64,000 nucleotides of DNA, from contig JAFMDN010000003.1 in assembly GCA_017857235.1 (NCBI GenBank), positions 2,005 through 66,004 on the forward strand, read 5' to 3'. Of this stretch, positions 1-9,048 are shown in pieces. The notes below the pieces were generated by a model. The model made no database searches. It had not been told where the DNA came from and was given only the letters and a program-made list of their open reading frames with translations. The stretch's first letter is position 1. Each line of letters opens with the position of its first letter. Position numbers and translations under genes: made by a program. This DNA is from Methanobacteriota archaeon (GTDB lineage Archaea; Thermoplasmatota; Thermoplasmata; Thermoplasmatales; GCA-001856825).

Positions 1-1492
1 TTGTTCCATACAATAATGACATATTTACGGGTGGATAGTAAGTTATGTAATTCAATTGGTTATTGTCCATGGCCATTAATGGCGTGTATACCCCCATGCT
101 GCTGTTGTAGGTTAGCTTAACAAATTGACCATTCATAGAGGAAAGGTTTCCACTTACTGGATTGTAATTAGACAGCATTACAGTTGCATTGTAATTATTT
201 CCTGGGAGATAGAAATTATAGGAACCCTGCAAAGTTAAAGGTGCCCACTGTGCCAAACTTGAATTGAACTGATTTCCTGGCGTTACAAATAGGAATGAGT
301 TTGATGGCCATATGGAACCATGATAATTGTAGAAAGTTGTATTTCCCATACCCCATAGCCCATACACAAATGATGGGCCTGTGGTCAATATTGCAGTACC
401 TGCGGTCTTGTAATATACATTAACACCAGTTGATGTCTCACCTGTTTCAGATCCTATATCATAAGCAGATGGTACGTTTATGTATCCAGTAGAAGTCCAG
501 TATTTCAACGACATGGTTCCGTTTATATTAAGTACATCTGCCGTGGAGCCTCCGCCTGGTCCACCGATCATTATTTCTGCATCATATGGTATAAAACCGG
601 TAGGAGTAATTGTATTACCTGAAACAAGGTAAGTTGGTGCAGGAGCAGAGTAATTGATCAATCCGTAGGTTGAATTGAAAATTGCGTAATCGAAAGAACC
701 AGATATTGTTTTTCCGTTGCTTGTAAGAGAATAATTGAAGAATATTGCTGATCTCCCATTTAGCAAAGTAGAGTTAAGGTAAAGGGACAAACTGAATGGG
801 TATTGTACGGTGAATGTTGGACCAATTGCATAATAGAATGTAGGCGCAACCAAATTCCCATTTGGCCCGTGCTCATAAAATACATTCGGTGACATGTAGA
901 ATGCAGGGCTTGAGAAATTCCATATATTGTCCAGGAAGGTCAGTTCATGTGTCCTCGCTGAATAGAAAACTACGTTCTGAGTCCAGAAGTTATAGCTTGA
1001 ATTACCAAAAAGGGTAACATTGTGAAGAACTGCATTTAATTGGAATGTTACAGAATATGGTCCGTCGTCCACAAGGTTAAAATCTGAAAGATTGCTCAAT
1101 GAAACTGTTGCCTCATATGAAGGTGACGTATAATTGCTTCCTACAAGCATTCCGGATTGATTTACTATGCCATAGAAACCTAGACCCATTGGGGCAGGTG
1201 CGACAGCATAACCAGGATGAACCAAGGCACCTGGCTTATTCAGGTCTGTTGGATTGAAGTTCGGTAGCATGACATACTTCAAGGGTATCTTTGAATTTTT
1301 AATATTTGTAAGGATTTTGCTTTCAAGGCTCTTTAAATAACTTTGTGTTATTGTTATGTTGGATTGCTTATTTTCATTTAATAAATTAAAGGACTTTGCA
1401 GAATTCGAATCGTTGGGAATTGCGGCATATGCGTAAGAGACCAAGAATAAGAGAGCAAGCAAAATAGCTAATATAGCATATTTTTGGCTCAT
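1..1492 (-). CDS. Thermopsin-family (peptidase A5) secreted acid protease; C-terminus lies beyond the left window edge
   Basis: Absent from the ORF track because it runs off the edge. ATG at 1492-1490. Hand translation gives MSQKYAILAILLALLFLVSYAYA (signal peptide) ... APAPMGLGFYG ... HELTFLDNIWNFS ... PYDAEIMIGGPGGGS ... QLNYITYYPPVNMSLLYGT, reaching nt 2. The frame is consistent at the five stretches I translated (1492-1141, 949, 589, 58-2). These blocks parallel what I recall of Sulfolobus thermopsin (PAPAGIASFG, LTFIDNVWN, YDAELVWGGGGNG). Many N-x-S/T sequons. Confidence 0.7.
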   Translation of the reverse strand, partial: MSQKYAILAILLALLFLVSYAYAAIPNDSNSAKSFNLLNENKQSNITITQSYLKSLESKILTNIKNSKIPLKYVMLPNFNPTDLNKPGALVHPGYAVAPAPMGLGFYGIVNQSGMLVGSNYTSPSYEATVSLSNLSDFNLVDDGPYSVTFQLNAVLHNVTLFGNSSYNFWTQNVVFYSARTHELTFLDNIWNFSSPAFYMSPNVFYEHGPNGNLVAPTFYYAIGPTFTVQYPFSLSLYLNSTLLNGRSAIFFNYSLTSNGKTISGSFDYAIFNSTYGLINYSAPAPTYLVSGNTITPTGFIPYDAEIMIGGPGGGSTADVLNINGTMSLKYWTSTGYINVPSAYDIGSETGETSTGVNVYYKTAGTAILTTGPSFVYGLWGMGNTTFYNYHGSIWPSNSFLFVTPGNQFNSSLAQWAPLTLQGSYNFYLPGNNYNATVMLSNYNPVSGNLSSMNGQFVKLTYNSSMGVYTPLMAMDNNQLNYITYYPPVNMSLLYGT

Positions 1493-1827
1493 AAAATAGA
1501 TATCATAAAAACTATATTTAATGTTTTTTCTCATTTAATTCCATAATTTCAGATCATAATTGTAAAATTAAAAATATTCCTAAAAAATGGGGCTAGGCTA
1601 AAAAATAACCCGATGTTTTCTCTATCATGATAAATTATAGATTTCGTTTATTATGGATTATCACTCATTGTTCCTTAAATCATGCACCTTTTTTACCTGT
1701 TTAGATTGTTCCGTCTTCAAATAATATAATTAATTTCATCCTTAATCTTACATAATCAGTAACGTTAATAAAACGTAAAAATGTTCGTGGTGAAAGTTCT
1801 CAAAATTTAAGCAGGCAATATATGGGA

Positions 1828-1912
1828 TGCGGAGGGAGGGATTTGAACCCTCGGATCCCTACGGAACTAGACCCTCAATCTAGCACCTTTGACCTGGCTC
1901 GGTAACCTCCGC
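1828..1912 (-). tRNA. tRNA-Leu (anticodon GAG)
   Basis: 85 nt. Reverse complement reads GCGGAGG-TT-D arm-CTAGA-TTGAGGG-TCTAG-long variable arm-GAGGG-TTCAAAT-CCCTC-CCTCCGC-A. The 7-bp acceptor stem pairs perfectly, loop positions 34-36 are GAG, and there is a class II extra arm. CCA is not encoded and there is no intron. Confidence 0.9.
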
Positions 1913-2803
1913 TTACCAATTCTGCCCGGTTATTCTCTCAAACATTTTTACATATAGGTCCGATACTCTTAGCACCATGTCTGGTGGCAATGGGGGAATA
2001 TCAGGCTCCTTTAAACCTTTTGCTCTTGCCTCCATTAGTTTATCATAGTAACCGATGGATCTGTAATGCTGTCTAACAAATTCCTTACTCAGTTCCAATA
2101 TATTTCCCCTCTCAAAGTTTTCTGAATCCCACCATCTGTCCTCATCTGCTGTACCAAATGTATCTACCAAATAAGGAGACCTTTCATTGTCTAAAGCAAA
2201 TTCCTTTTTTCCGTCTACGTGGATTAATCCCCTTCTGGATACTTCCCTTTGAATCTCTTCATCCATCTTAGAGATAATATCAAAGATGACTTCTATCTCT
2301 CCCTTTTCCAAGCCCCCAATCTCCATAGCTTCCTCGTATGATATCAATCTGTCTGTTTTTTCAAATTTTGTTGTTATTTCATATAACGGCTGGGGAAGTT
2401 TTTCTCCATACTTTGGCATTGATTTAAATCCTAGGTCTCTGTAAGAGGTTTTTCCATTTTTAATCCTATCAAAAAGTGTTCCTGCAACATAATATCTTGA
2501 AACAAATTCTAACGGTATTAAGTAATTTTTTTCATTTTTAGATATTCTTCCACTGGGAATCTTAAATTTTTTAACAAACATATTAATTCCATTTTCTAAG
2601 GAAATGAAGTGATTTTTAATACCTAGTTTAGATGCTCTATTGAACCAAAATGCCGATGTTCTTGCTAGTGACTCACCCTTTTTTGGAATCAAAGAAGGAA
2701 TTATCTTGTCAAATACTGAAATTTGATTAGTAAAAATGAAGAGAAGTCTATCTTGGTCAAAGTCATAAACCTCCTTGACCTTTCCCTTCCTTATTAATTC
2801 CAT
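1913..2803 (-). CDS. purC: Phosphoribosylaminoimidazole-succinocarboxamide (SAICAR) synthase
   Basis: 296-aa ORF with N-terminal [11 protein letters not shown] and an overall SAICAR-synthetase-like sequence. The stop codon TAA (1913-1915) directly abuts tRNA-Leu. Confidence 0.85.
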   Translation of the reverse strand: MELIRKGKVKEVYDFDQDRLLFIFTNQISVFDKIIPSLIPKKGESLARTSAFWFNRASKLGIKNHFISLENGINMFVKKFKIPSGRISKNEKNYLIPLEFVSRYYVAGTLFDRIKNGKTSYRDLGFKSMPKYGEKLPQPLYEITTKFEKTDRLISYEEAMEIGGLEKGEIEVIFDIISKMDEEIQREVSRRGLIHVDGKKEFALDNERSPYLVDTFGTADEDRWWDSENFERGNILELSKEFVRQHYRSIGYYDKLMEARAKGLKEPDIPPLPPDMVLRVSDLYVKMFERITGQNW

Positions 2804-2876
2804 GATGCAAAATCACCTTATATATATTAAAAATTTCCAACTCGCTCCGATTTTTATTGCTCAATATGTTGGAAAT

Positions 2877-2885
2877 CTATATTTT
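2877..2885 (+). promoter_or_regulatory. Candidate TATA box for a leaderless pdxS transcript
   Basis: CTATATTTT is centred ~26 nt upstream of ATG 2907. That is the archaeal TATA-to-TSS spacing if the mRNA is leaderless. The AT-rich background makes chance matches likely. Confidence 0.3.
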
Positions 2886-2906
2886 CCTGTTTTCGATATA
2901 AGGGAT

Positions 2907-3911
2907 ATGGTAGAATTAAACACCAAGTATGGAACTGACCTGCTCAAGAAAGGATTTGCAAAAATGACAAAAGGTGGTGTTATTATGGATGTAACTACTG
3001 CTGAGCAGGCAAGAATAGCTGAAAATGCAGGAGCCATCTCAGTTATGGCCCTCGAAAGAGTTCCTGCCGATATCAGGGCAGAAGGGGGAGTTGCGAGAAT
3101 GGCAGACCCATTGAAGATCAAAGAAATCATGGATGCTGTGACTATTCCTGTAATGGCTAAAGTTAGGATCGGACATCTTGCAGAGGCAAAAGCACTAGAA
3201 GCCCTAGGTGTTGATATGATTGATGAATCAGAGGTATTAACCCCTGCCGACCCATTTTTCCATATAAATAAAAAGGAAATCAAGGTGCCTTTTGTATGTG
3301 GTGCAAGGAATCTGGGGGAGGCAGTCAGGAGAATTTGGGAAGGGGCTGCAATGATAAGAACAAAAGGGGAAGCAGGTACCGGAGATATTATAGAGGCTGT
3401 GAGACATGTGAGGCTAATGAACCAGGGAATAGAAGAGGTAAAACAATCTGATGACCATGAACTTTGGGAAATGGCAACAAATATTGCTAAAAGCTATGAA
3501 ACACTTATGACCCAAACTAGAGAAATGCTTTTTGGAAAACCAGTGATAAGGGATGAAGATGTTCTATTTGGCAACTATACTTACTTAGAAATTAAGAAGG
3601 GATTATACGAAGTACTTTTAGAAATAAGAAGAATGGGAAGATTGCCTGTTGTCAACTTTGCTGCTGGTGGTGTATCTAGCCCAGCAGATGCTGTTCTGAT
3701 GATGGAGCACGGAGTTGATGGGATTTTTGTTGGGTCAGGAATATTCAAAAGCGCAGACCCCATGAAGATGGCAAGTGCCATTGTCCAAGCGACAGCTTCC
3801 TGGGATGATCCATCTGTATTAGTAGAAGTTTCAAAAGGACTTTCAGGTATGAAAGGAAGAAGCGTCGAAAAGATGCCTGAAATCGAAAAGATTCAGGGGA
3901 GAGGCTGGTAA
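2907..3911 (+). CDS. pdxS: Pyridoxal 5'-phosphate synthase lyase subunit PdxS
   Basis: [56 protein letters not shown] and [10 protein letters not shown] are classic PdxS/SNZ blocks. I moved the start from the track value 2775 to ATG 2907 (MVELNTKYG). The first 44 codons overlap the purC start and the divergent promoter region and are not PdxS-like. Confidence 0.9.
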   Translation: MVELNTKYGTDLLKKGFAKMTKGGVIMDVTTAEQARIAENAGAISVMALERVPADIRAEGGVARMADPLKIKEIMDAVTIPVMAKVRIGHLAEAKALEALGVDMIDESEVLTPADPFFHINKKEIKVPFVCGARNLGEAVRRIWEGAAMIRTKGEAGTGDIIEAVRHVRLMNQGIEEVKQSDDHELWEMATNIAKSYETLMTQTREMLFGKPVIRDEDVLFGNYTYLEIKKGLYEVLLEIRRMGRLPVVNFAAGGVSSPADAVLMMEHGVDGIFVGSGIFKSADPMKMASAIVQATASWDDPSVLVEVSKGLSGMKGRSVEKMPEIEKIQGRGW

Positions 3912-3962
3912 TTTATTACTATTTTTTTAACTGTTGTTGGGCATTTTAATATTGATGTTATA

Positions 3963-4733
3963 TTGAAGGTTCATAAAATACCCACATCAGGCACGGTACC
4001 CGTGGAAAAAATTGAAATTAAACCAGGGGGGACTGCAGGAAATATAGCTAGAATAGCAGGTCTTTTAGGTGTAGAGACTACGCTAATTTCAAGGATTTCA
4101 AAAAATTTTCCACCTGAATATATAAAATTAATGAAAGACTCTGGTGTAAACACCGATTTTGAGGTATTGGATGATTATGGCCCCGTATGTTACATTGTAG
4201 AATCAAATGAAGACAGTGTTGCCTTCATGTATCAGGGACCCATGGACTCTCAGGGAGATTTAAAAAGAATAGATTCTAAATATGTTCATTTTGCTACCGG
4301 CAACCCTGACTGGATTTTGAATTTGATGAAAATGGCCAACGGCTTTAAGGTATTTGATCCAGGACAAGAATTGTCTTATAGATGGTCTCATGATAAACTT
4401 TTAGAAGCATCAAAAATTGCTGATCTCGTTATAGTAAATCAGAGTGAAAACGCTATTCTGGATTATTATAAATTCAGAGAAAAAATAGTTACTTTGGGAG
4501 AAAAGGGATGCGAATACAATGGAAAGATTATAGAAGGATTTAAATCAAAAGTTATTTCAACAGTAGGTGCAGGGGATGCATTCAGGGCAGGTCTTTATTA
4601 TGGCCTAAGTTTGGGGTATGATATGAATGAGGCATGTAGATGCGGAAATATAGTTGCAGCGTTATACATAAGCGGTGAAACCCATAAGTTAAGTATTTTA
4701 AAAAGTAAGAAATCCTGTAGGGAATTCCCATGA
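3963..4733 (+). CDS. PfkB-family carbohydrate/nucleoside kinase (start codon uncertain)
   Basis: GGTAGNIA near the N-terminus and GAGDAFRAG near the C-terminus are PfkB signatures. In-frame codons 3933-3962 upstream of the called TTG encode VVGHFNIDVI, the usual first strand of the fold, but no canonical start precedes it (see findings). Confidence 0.7.
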   Translation: MKVHKIPTSGTVPVEKIEIKPGGTAGNIARIAGLLGVETTLISRISKNFPPEYIKLMKDSGVNTDFEVLDDYGPVCYIVESNEDSVAFMYQGPMDSQGDLKRIDSKYVHFATGNPDWILNLMKMANGFKVFDPGQELSYRWSHDKLLEASKIADLVIVNQSENAILDYYKFREKIVTLGEKGCEYNGKIIEGFKSKVISTVGAGDAFRAGLYYGLSLGYDMNEACRCGNIVAALYISGETHKLSILKSKKSCREFP

Positions 4734-5929
4734 TAGAAAATTACAGAAATGAATTTATTGAACTTTATAAGAAAATGCTAAGTATAAAAGCTGTAAACCC
4801 ATCAGGCGGAGGGAATGGTGAATATGAAAGGGCAAATTTCCTAAAAAACGTTATTTTGTCCTGGTCAAAGGATTTAAAGTTCGAAGAATATATTGCTGAA
4901 TCAAATGGTTTAAAGAGGCCAAATTTGCTATTTCTTCTTGACAGCGGAAAACGAAATAATATTTGGTTTGTAGGGCATATGGATACTGTTAGCGAAGGGG
5001 ACTTAAGTTTATGGAAATATCCACCCTTTGAGGGAACTGTAGTTGGAGACCAAATTTACGGAAGAGGATCCTGCGATAATGGTCAAGGCATTATGTCTTC
5101 TCTTCTTGCATTAAGATACTTTATAGACCATCCCAAGGAGATGGAAAATAACATTGGAGTTATTCTCGTCTCTGATGAAGAAGCAGGAAGCAAATTTGGC
5201 ATTCAGTTTGTATTAAGCAAAAGGAAATTTGGAGAAAATGACTTTTTTGTGGTACCGGATTTCGGAACCCCTGATGGATCTGAAATTGAGGTTGCGGAAA
5301 AGGGAATTATGTGGATCAAATTTAATGTTGAAGGAATTCAATGCCATGGTTCAACACCAAACAAAGGAAAAAACGCTCATAGGCTTGCAAGGGAATTAGA
5401 GAGAAGAATAGATGTAACTCTTCATAAAAAATTTAATGATATTGATAAACTTTTTACTGTTCCCTATAGTACATTTGAGCCAACTAAAGTTGAACCAGGA
5501 ACCAGTTCTATAAATATTATTCCTGGAAAAGAGGCTTTTTACTTTGATATGAGAATAATTCCGCGGTACAAAGTTTCTGAAGTATATGAGGAAATAAAAA
5601 GGGTTTGTGATGAATTTTCAAGAGAGTTTGATGCACCTACAAAAATAGAGATTGTACAAATGGAGGATCCATCCTTCAACGGTCCTCAAGGTAAAAAATT
5701 TGTAGAAACGTTGAAAATTATCATTAAAGAAAAGAGAGGTATAGAGCCTAAAGAGATAGGCATAGGTGGCGGAACCTGTGGAGCATTTTTCAGAAAAGCC
5801 GGTTACCCCACCATAGTCTGGGGAACTCTCGATGAAGTGGAACATATGCCTAACGAGTATGCTAAGATCACTAACATGGAGAAAGACGCCGAAGTCTTTA
5901 TTGAATTGGTAAAGAAATTTGATCATTAG
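4730..5929 (+). CDS. M20-family metallohydrolase (ArgE/DapE/LysK-like deacylase)
   Basis: 399 aa. FVGHMDTV, LVSDEEAGS and GIQCHGSTP metal-ligand blocks are typical of peptidase M20. There is a 4-nt ATGA overlap with the upstream kinase. Confidence 0.7.
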   Translation: MIENYRNEFIELYKKMLSIKAVNPSGGGNGEYERANFLKNVILSWSKDLKFEEYIAESNGLKRPNLLFLLDSGKRNNIWFVGHMDTVSEGDLSLWKYPPFEGTVVGDQIYGRGSCDNGQGIMSSLLALRYFIDHPKEMENNIGVILVSDEEAGSKFGIQFVLSKRKFGENDFFVVPDFGTPDGSEIEVAEKGIMWIKFNVEGIQCHGSTPNKGKNAHRLARELERRIDVTLHKKFNDIDKLFTVPYSTFEPTKVEPGTSSINIIPGKEAFYFDMRIIPRYKVSEVYEEIKRVCDEFSREFDAPTKIEIVQMEDPSFNGPQGKKFVETLKIIIKEKRGIEPKEIGIGGGTCGAFFRKAGYPTIVWGTLDEVEHMPNEYAKITNMEKDAEVFIELVKKFDH

Positions 5930-7174
5930 ATGGATAAAAAAGTACCCCGCGATAAATGGTTTCTAGCCTACTTACCTGTAAATTCCGCTAATGGCCTCGT
6001 AAGCCCATTAGCCCCCTTATTTATAACAGAAATACTATTGGGAGGAGTTGTTGAATACTCTCTATTTACTATAGTATCTTCAATATCAACCATAATAGGA
6101 TTATTTCTCTGGGGTTATCTATCAGATAAACTGAAAAAGAGGAAAATCTTTGTAGTGCTGGGATTTATTTCACTTGGAATAACTAGCGTACTCTTTGGAT
6201 TGAGTCCAAATGTATTATTCTTCCTGGGTGTATCATTTCTATCTGGATTCCTTGGAAGTGCTGCTGCTCCTATTGCTTCTGTATTAATAATGGAACTATC
6301 AGACAGGAAAGACTGGTCTAATAAAATATCAAAATTTTCTCTATACGCTTCGCTTGGACAGATAATCGGTGTTCTTTTAGCAGCAGGTCTCTCTTTAATC
6401 TTCCTCCAAAGCTCATCTCTAAGGATGCTTTATTATATAGCATCCATTCTTTATATAACATCAGGGGTTGTAGCTTGGTTACTTATTCCCGAATCTAAAT
6501 CAATGATTGATAGAAATAAAGTTGACATCCGTTCCTTCAGGGTTTTTGAAAAGATAAGATATTTTCCAAGTCATATTATACATTGGAATTTTAAATTTAC
6601 TAATATAGATAAAAATCTTAGAATTACTTTAATTTCCTTTATGATCATGATGATGGGATTCCAACTATTCTTTGTCGCTTTTCCAATACTGCTTAAAGAA
6701 ATAGGAGTTAACAACACTGTATTCTTTCTAATATATTTAGGTAACTATATATTTGCAGCAATTACATTCACATTTTCTGGGCAGATAGCCACTAAAATAG
6801 GATATAAGAAAGTAACATCCCTTGCAGTAATAACAAGGCTTATCATCTTTCCAAGTACAACTTTTTTAATAATCCTACTGCATAACGATAAGGCTATTCT
6901 ATTCGATTCACTTCTTTTAGTTTATTCTTTGCTTGGAGCATTATGGTCTTTTATATCAGTTGGTACTGCAACACTATCCTCCAATCTATCAAAGCCAGAA
7001 CAAAGAGGAGTTGTTGCTGGAACCTATAATGCAGTACAAAGTATTGGCGTAATAGTTGGATCTTCATTAACTGGACTAATCGTAACGAGGTATGGATTCA
7101 GTATAGATTTTTTCATGGCAGATCTCGTTGTACTGATTGGACTTTTATTATTCTTTAGGGTTAATGATAAATGA
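5930..7174 (+). CDS. MFS-type transporter
   Basis: 414 aa with about 12 hydrophobic segments in two halves separated by a charged loop (ESKSMIDRNKVDIRSFR). It starts immediately after the M20 stop. Confidence 0.65.
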   Translation: MDKKVPRDKWFLAYLPVNSANGLVSPLAPLFITEILLGGVVEYSLFTIVSSISTIIGLFLWGYLSDKLKKRKIFVVLGFISLGITSVLFGLSPNVLFFLGVSFLSGFLGSAAAPIASVLIMELSDRKDWSNKISKFSLYASLGQIIGVLLAAGLSLIFLQSSSLRMLYYIASILYITSGVVAWLLIPESKSMIDRNKVDIRSFRVFEKIRYFPSHIIHWNFKFTNIDKNLRITLISFMIMMMGFQLFFVAFPILLKEIGVNNTVFFLIYLGNYIFAAITFTFSGQIATKIGYKKVTSLAVITRLIIFPSTTFLIILLHNDKAILFDSLLLVYSLLGALWSFISVGTATLSSNLSKPEQRGVVAGTYNAVQSIGVIVGSSLTGLIVTRYGFSIDFFMADLVVLIGLLLFFRVNDK

Positions 7175-7176
7175 GT

Positions 7177-7812
7177 TTAAATGGAATTGATTATTTTACC
7201 CTGTTTATATACGGGTATAATTTCAGTTACATCTACCCTTAGACATGTTTCGATATCCTTCTCGAATCCCTTATTTTTAAGGCGAACAGCTCCACTCCCG
7301 TTTCTTGATTTTTCGATGTGCACATTTATGTCTGCATTTGGATCTAAGATTCTTTTAGCTAATGCATAAGCAAATTCTGAATCCTCGGTTTGCACACCAT
7401 CTTTCGAATGAGCCAAAAATATATGCACTTCCTTATTTCTAAGATATCTCGCCACTGCATTTAAGTTTAAAAACGACGCAATGATTGTACCTTCACCTAA
7501 ATTTTTTATTAATTTGGTACCGTTGGATGTTAAAATAACAATTTTTTCACCCTTTAAATCAAGTTCTAGTGTTTCAGTAGGCGAATTACCGTAGTCGAAT
7601 TCCTTTATCTTTTCAGTATCCTTTTCGCCAAATGTGAGGTATCCCATTTTCTTATATTTTAATCCCTCTTCCACATTTAAAATTGGAATAACCTCTTCAG
7701 CTCCTTTCATAAACATTGTAACTATGTTAGTTGTAGCTCTAAAAATATCGACAGCTACTGGTATTCCAAATATTGATTGTAAATATCTTCCATCTGAAAT
7801 TCTTATCATCAT
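7177..7812 (-). CDS. 2-phosphosulfolactate phosphatase (ComB) family protein
   Basis: VAVDIFRATTNIVT, FDYGNSP and VILTSNGTK match the conserved ComB-family blocks (DVLRATTT / GNSP / TTNGT). Confidence 0.7.
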   Translation of the reverse strand: MMIRISDGRYLQSIFGIPVAVDIFRATTNIVTMFMKGAEEVIPILNVEEGLKYKKMGYLTFGEKDTEKIKEFDYGNSPTETLELDLKGEKIVILTSNGTKLIKNLGEGTIIASFLNLNAVARYLRNKEVHIFLAHSKDGVQTEDSEFAYALAKRILDPNADINVHIEKSRNGSGAVRLKNKGFEKDIETCLRVDVTEIIPVYKQGKIINSI

Positions 7813-8168
7813 ATCACCTCAATATTCATCTCCTTACCATCCTTTGAAAATGCTCTCCAGGATTCTATATTGAATGGATACCCCACAATTATATGAATAA
7901 TTCCAAAGTTGGAAAATAACCTTAAATCTTCATCACTGGGTATCAGAACTCCCGAAGGATGAGAATGTGCGGTCCCCACATAAGAATAATCTATGGGCAG
8001 GTTGAATAACTTAAATAAAGCGCTCCTTTCACCAGCCACAGTTCCAGGGACAATTGCAATTTCATATATCAGCTTGTTTTTAGCCCTCAATATAGCAGCG
8101 AATTCATTAGGTAGACTATCCTTTGCACTTTCCATTATTAATTGGAGTACCTCCCTCTTTATTCTCAT
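7809..8168 (-). CDS. JAB1/MPN/Mov34 (JAMM) metalloprotease, stand-alone
   Basis: 119 aa. Upstream Glu (PNEFAAIL) plus HSHPSGVLIPSDEDL, i.e. the H-x-H-x7-S-x2-D JAMM zinc motif. Confidence 0.75.
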   Translation of the reverse strand: MRIKREVLQLIMESAKDSLPNEFAAILRAKNKLIYEIAIVPGTVAGERSALFKLFNLPIDYSYVGTAHSHPSGVLIPSDEDLRLFSNFGIIHIIVGYPFNIESWRAFSKDGKEMNIEVI

Positions 8169-8998
8169 ATAAACTTCTCTCTCATATTCCTATAGAAATC
8201 TGATTCAAACCTAACGAATCTTGCGGGAGATTCGCTTTCTGTAATAAGAATTTCGTCATTGTAGCCTATTATTATTTCCTCCTGCCCATCGAGTGACATT
8301 ATCAGCCTCTTTCCCTTTTCAAGTATGGATATTCTTATAGTGCTTTCTGATGGAACTACTATACTCCTAACATTTAATTTGAAGGGAGCTATATGTGAAA
8401 TGATAAGCGCTTTTACCCTTGGATCCAATATAGGTCCACCCACACTTAGTGAATAAGATGTTGAACCGGTGGGAGATGCTACAATAATTCCATCAGCCCT
8501 CACATTGTGAATAAAATCATTATCTATGTAAATTCCAAACCACCTTATCTTAGTAATTTCAGCTGATTTAATAACAACTTCATTCACTGAATCTGACAAC
8601 CTTTTACCATTCAAAGTGGTTTTAATCCTTGGTCTCTCTTCTACTTTATACTCCCCTCTGGTAAGCTTACCCATAGCAGCAATCGCATTTGTTGGACCTA
8701 TTTCCGAAAGAAAACCGAATGATCCCATGTTTATGGGTAAGATTGCTGTATTGACTCTTTTCAACGTCCATAGAGCTGTACCGTCACCCCCAACGGTGAT
8801 TATGATTTCTGCATTCATCTCTTCCAATGGGACACCGTGGATTTTCATTTCACTGGCGGCTGATTGCTCTATCATTACTTCGTGTCCTTCATGCTTCAAA
8901 TATCTATACAGTATACCAATAAGATCTAAGCACCTAGGGCAATCAGGCCGTGAAATAAATCCTATCTTCAATTTATATGCACCTGTTCCTTTAATCAA
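8165..8998 (-). CDS. nadK: NAD kinase
   Basis: 277 aa. ITVGGDGT motif, NEVV, and ADGIIVASPTGSTSYSLSVGGPI, typical of NAD kinases. Confidence 0.85.
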   Translation of the reverse strand: MIKGTGAYKLKIGFISRPDCPRCLDLIGILYRYLKHEGHEVMIEQSAASEMKIHGVPLEEMNAEIIITVGGDGTALWTLKRVNTAILPINMGSFGFLSEIGPTNAIAAMGKLTRGEYKVEERPRIKTTLNGKRLSDSVNEVVIKSAEITKIRWFGIYIDNDFIHNVRADGIIVASPTGSTSYSLSVGGPILDPRVKALIISHIAPFKLNVRSIVVPSESTIRISILEKGKRLIMSLDGQEEIIIGYNDEILITESESPARFVRFESDFYRNMREKFI

Positions 8999-9048
8999 TA
9001 TTTATATCTTTTATTTAATGAATTCCAATTTCCTTTTATAGTCCCTCT

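Noticed and set aside
2775-2906. 44-codon N-terminal extension of pdxS in the ORF track.
   Set aside because: It overlaps the purC start and the divergent promoter region. The sequence ([21 protein letters not shown]...) is not PdxS-like. A conserved-type N-terminus begins at ATG 2907, with a TATA-like element ~26 nt upstream.
2861-3283. 140-aa minus-strand ORF antisense to pdxS. Similar antisense ORFs lie at 8616-9041, 24577-24915, 53295-53627, 60565-60951 and 61571-61942.
   Set aside because: Each lies wholly inside a strongly supported gene on the other strand. Each has a Ser/Ile/Phe/Leu-rich low-complexity composition typical of antisense frames, and none has a motif.
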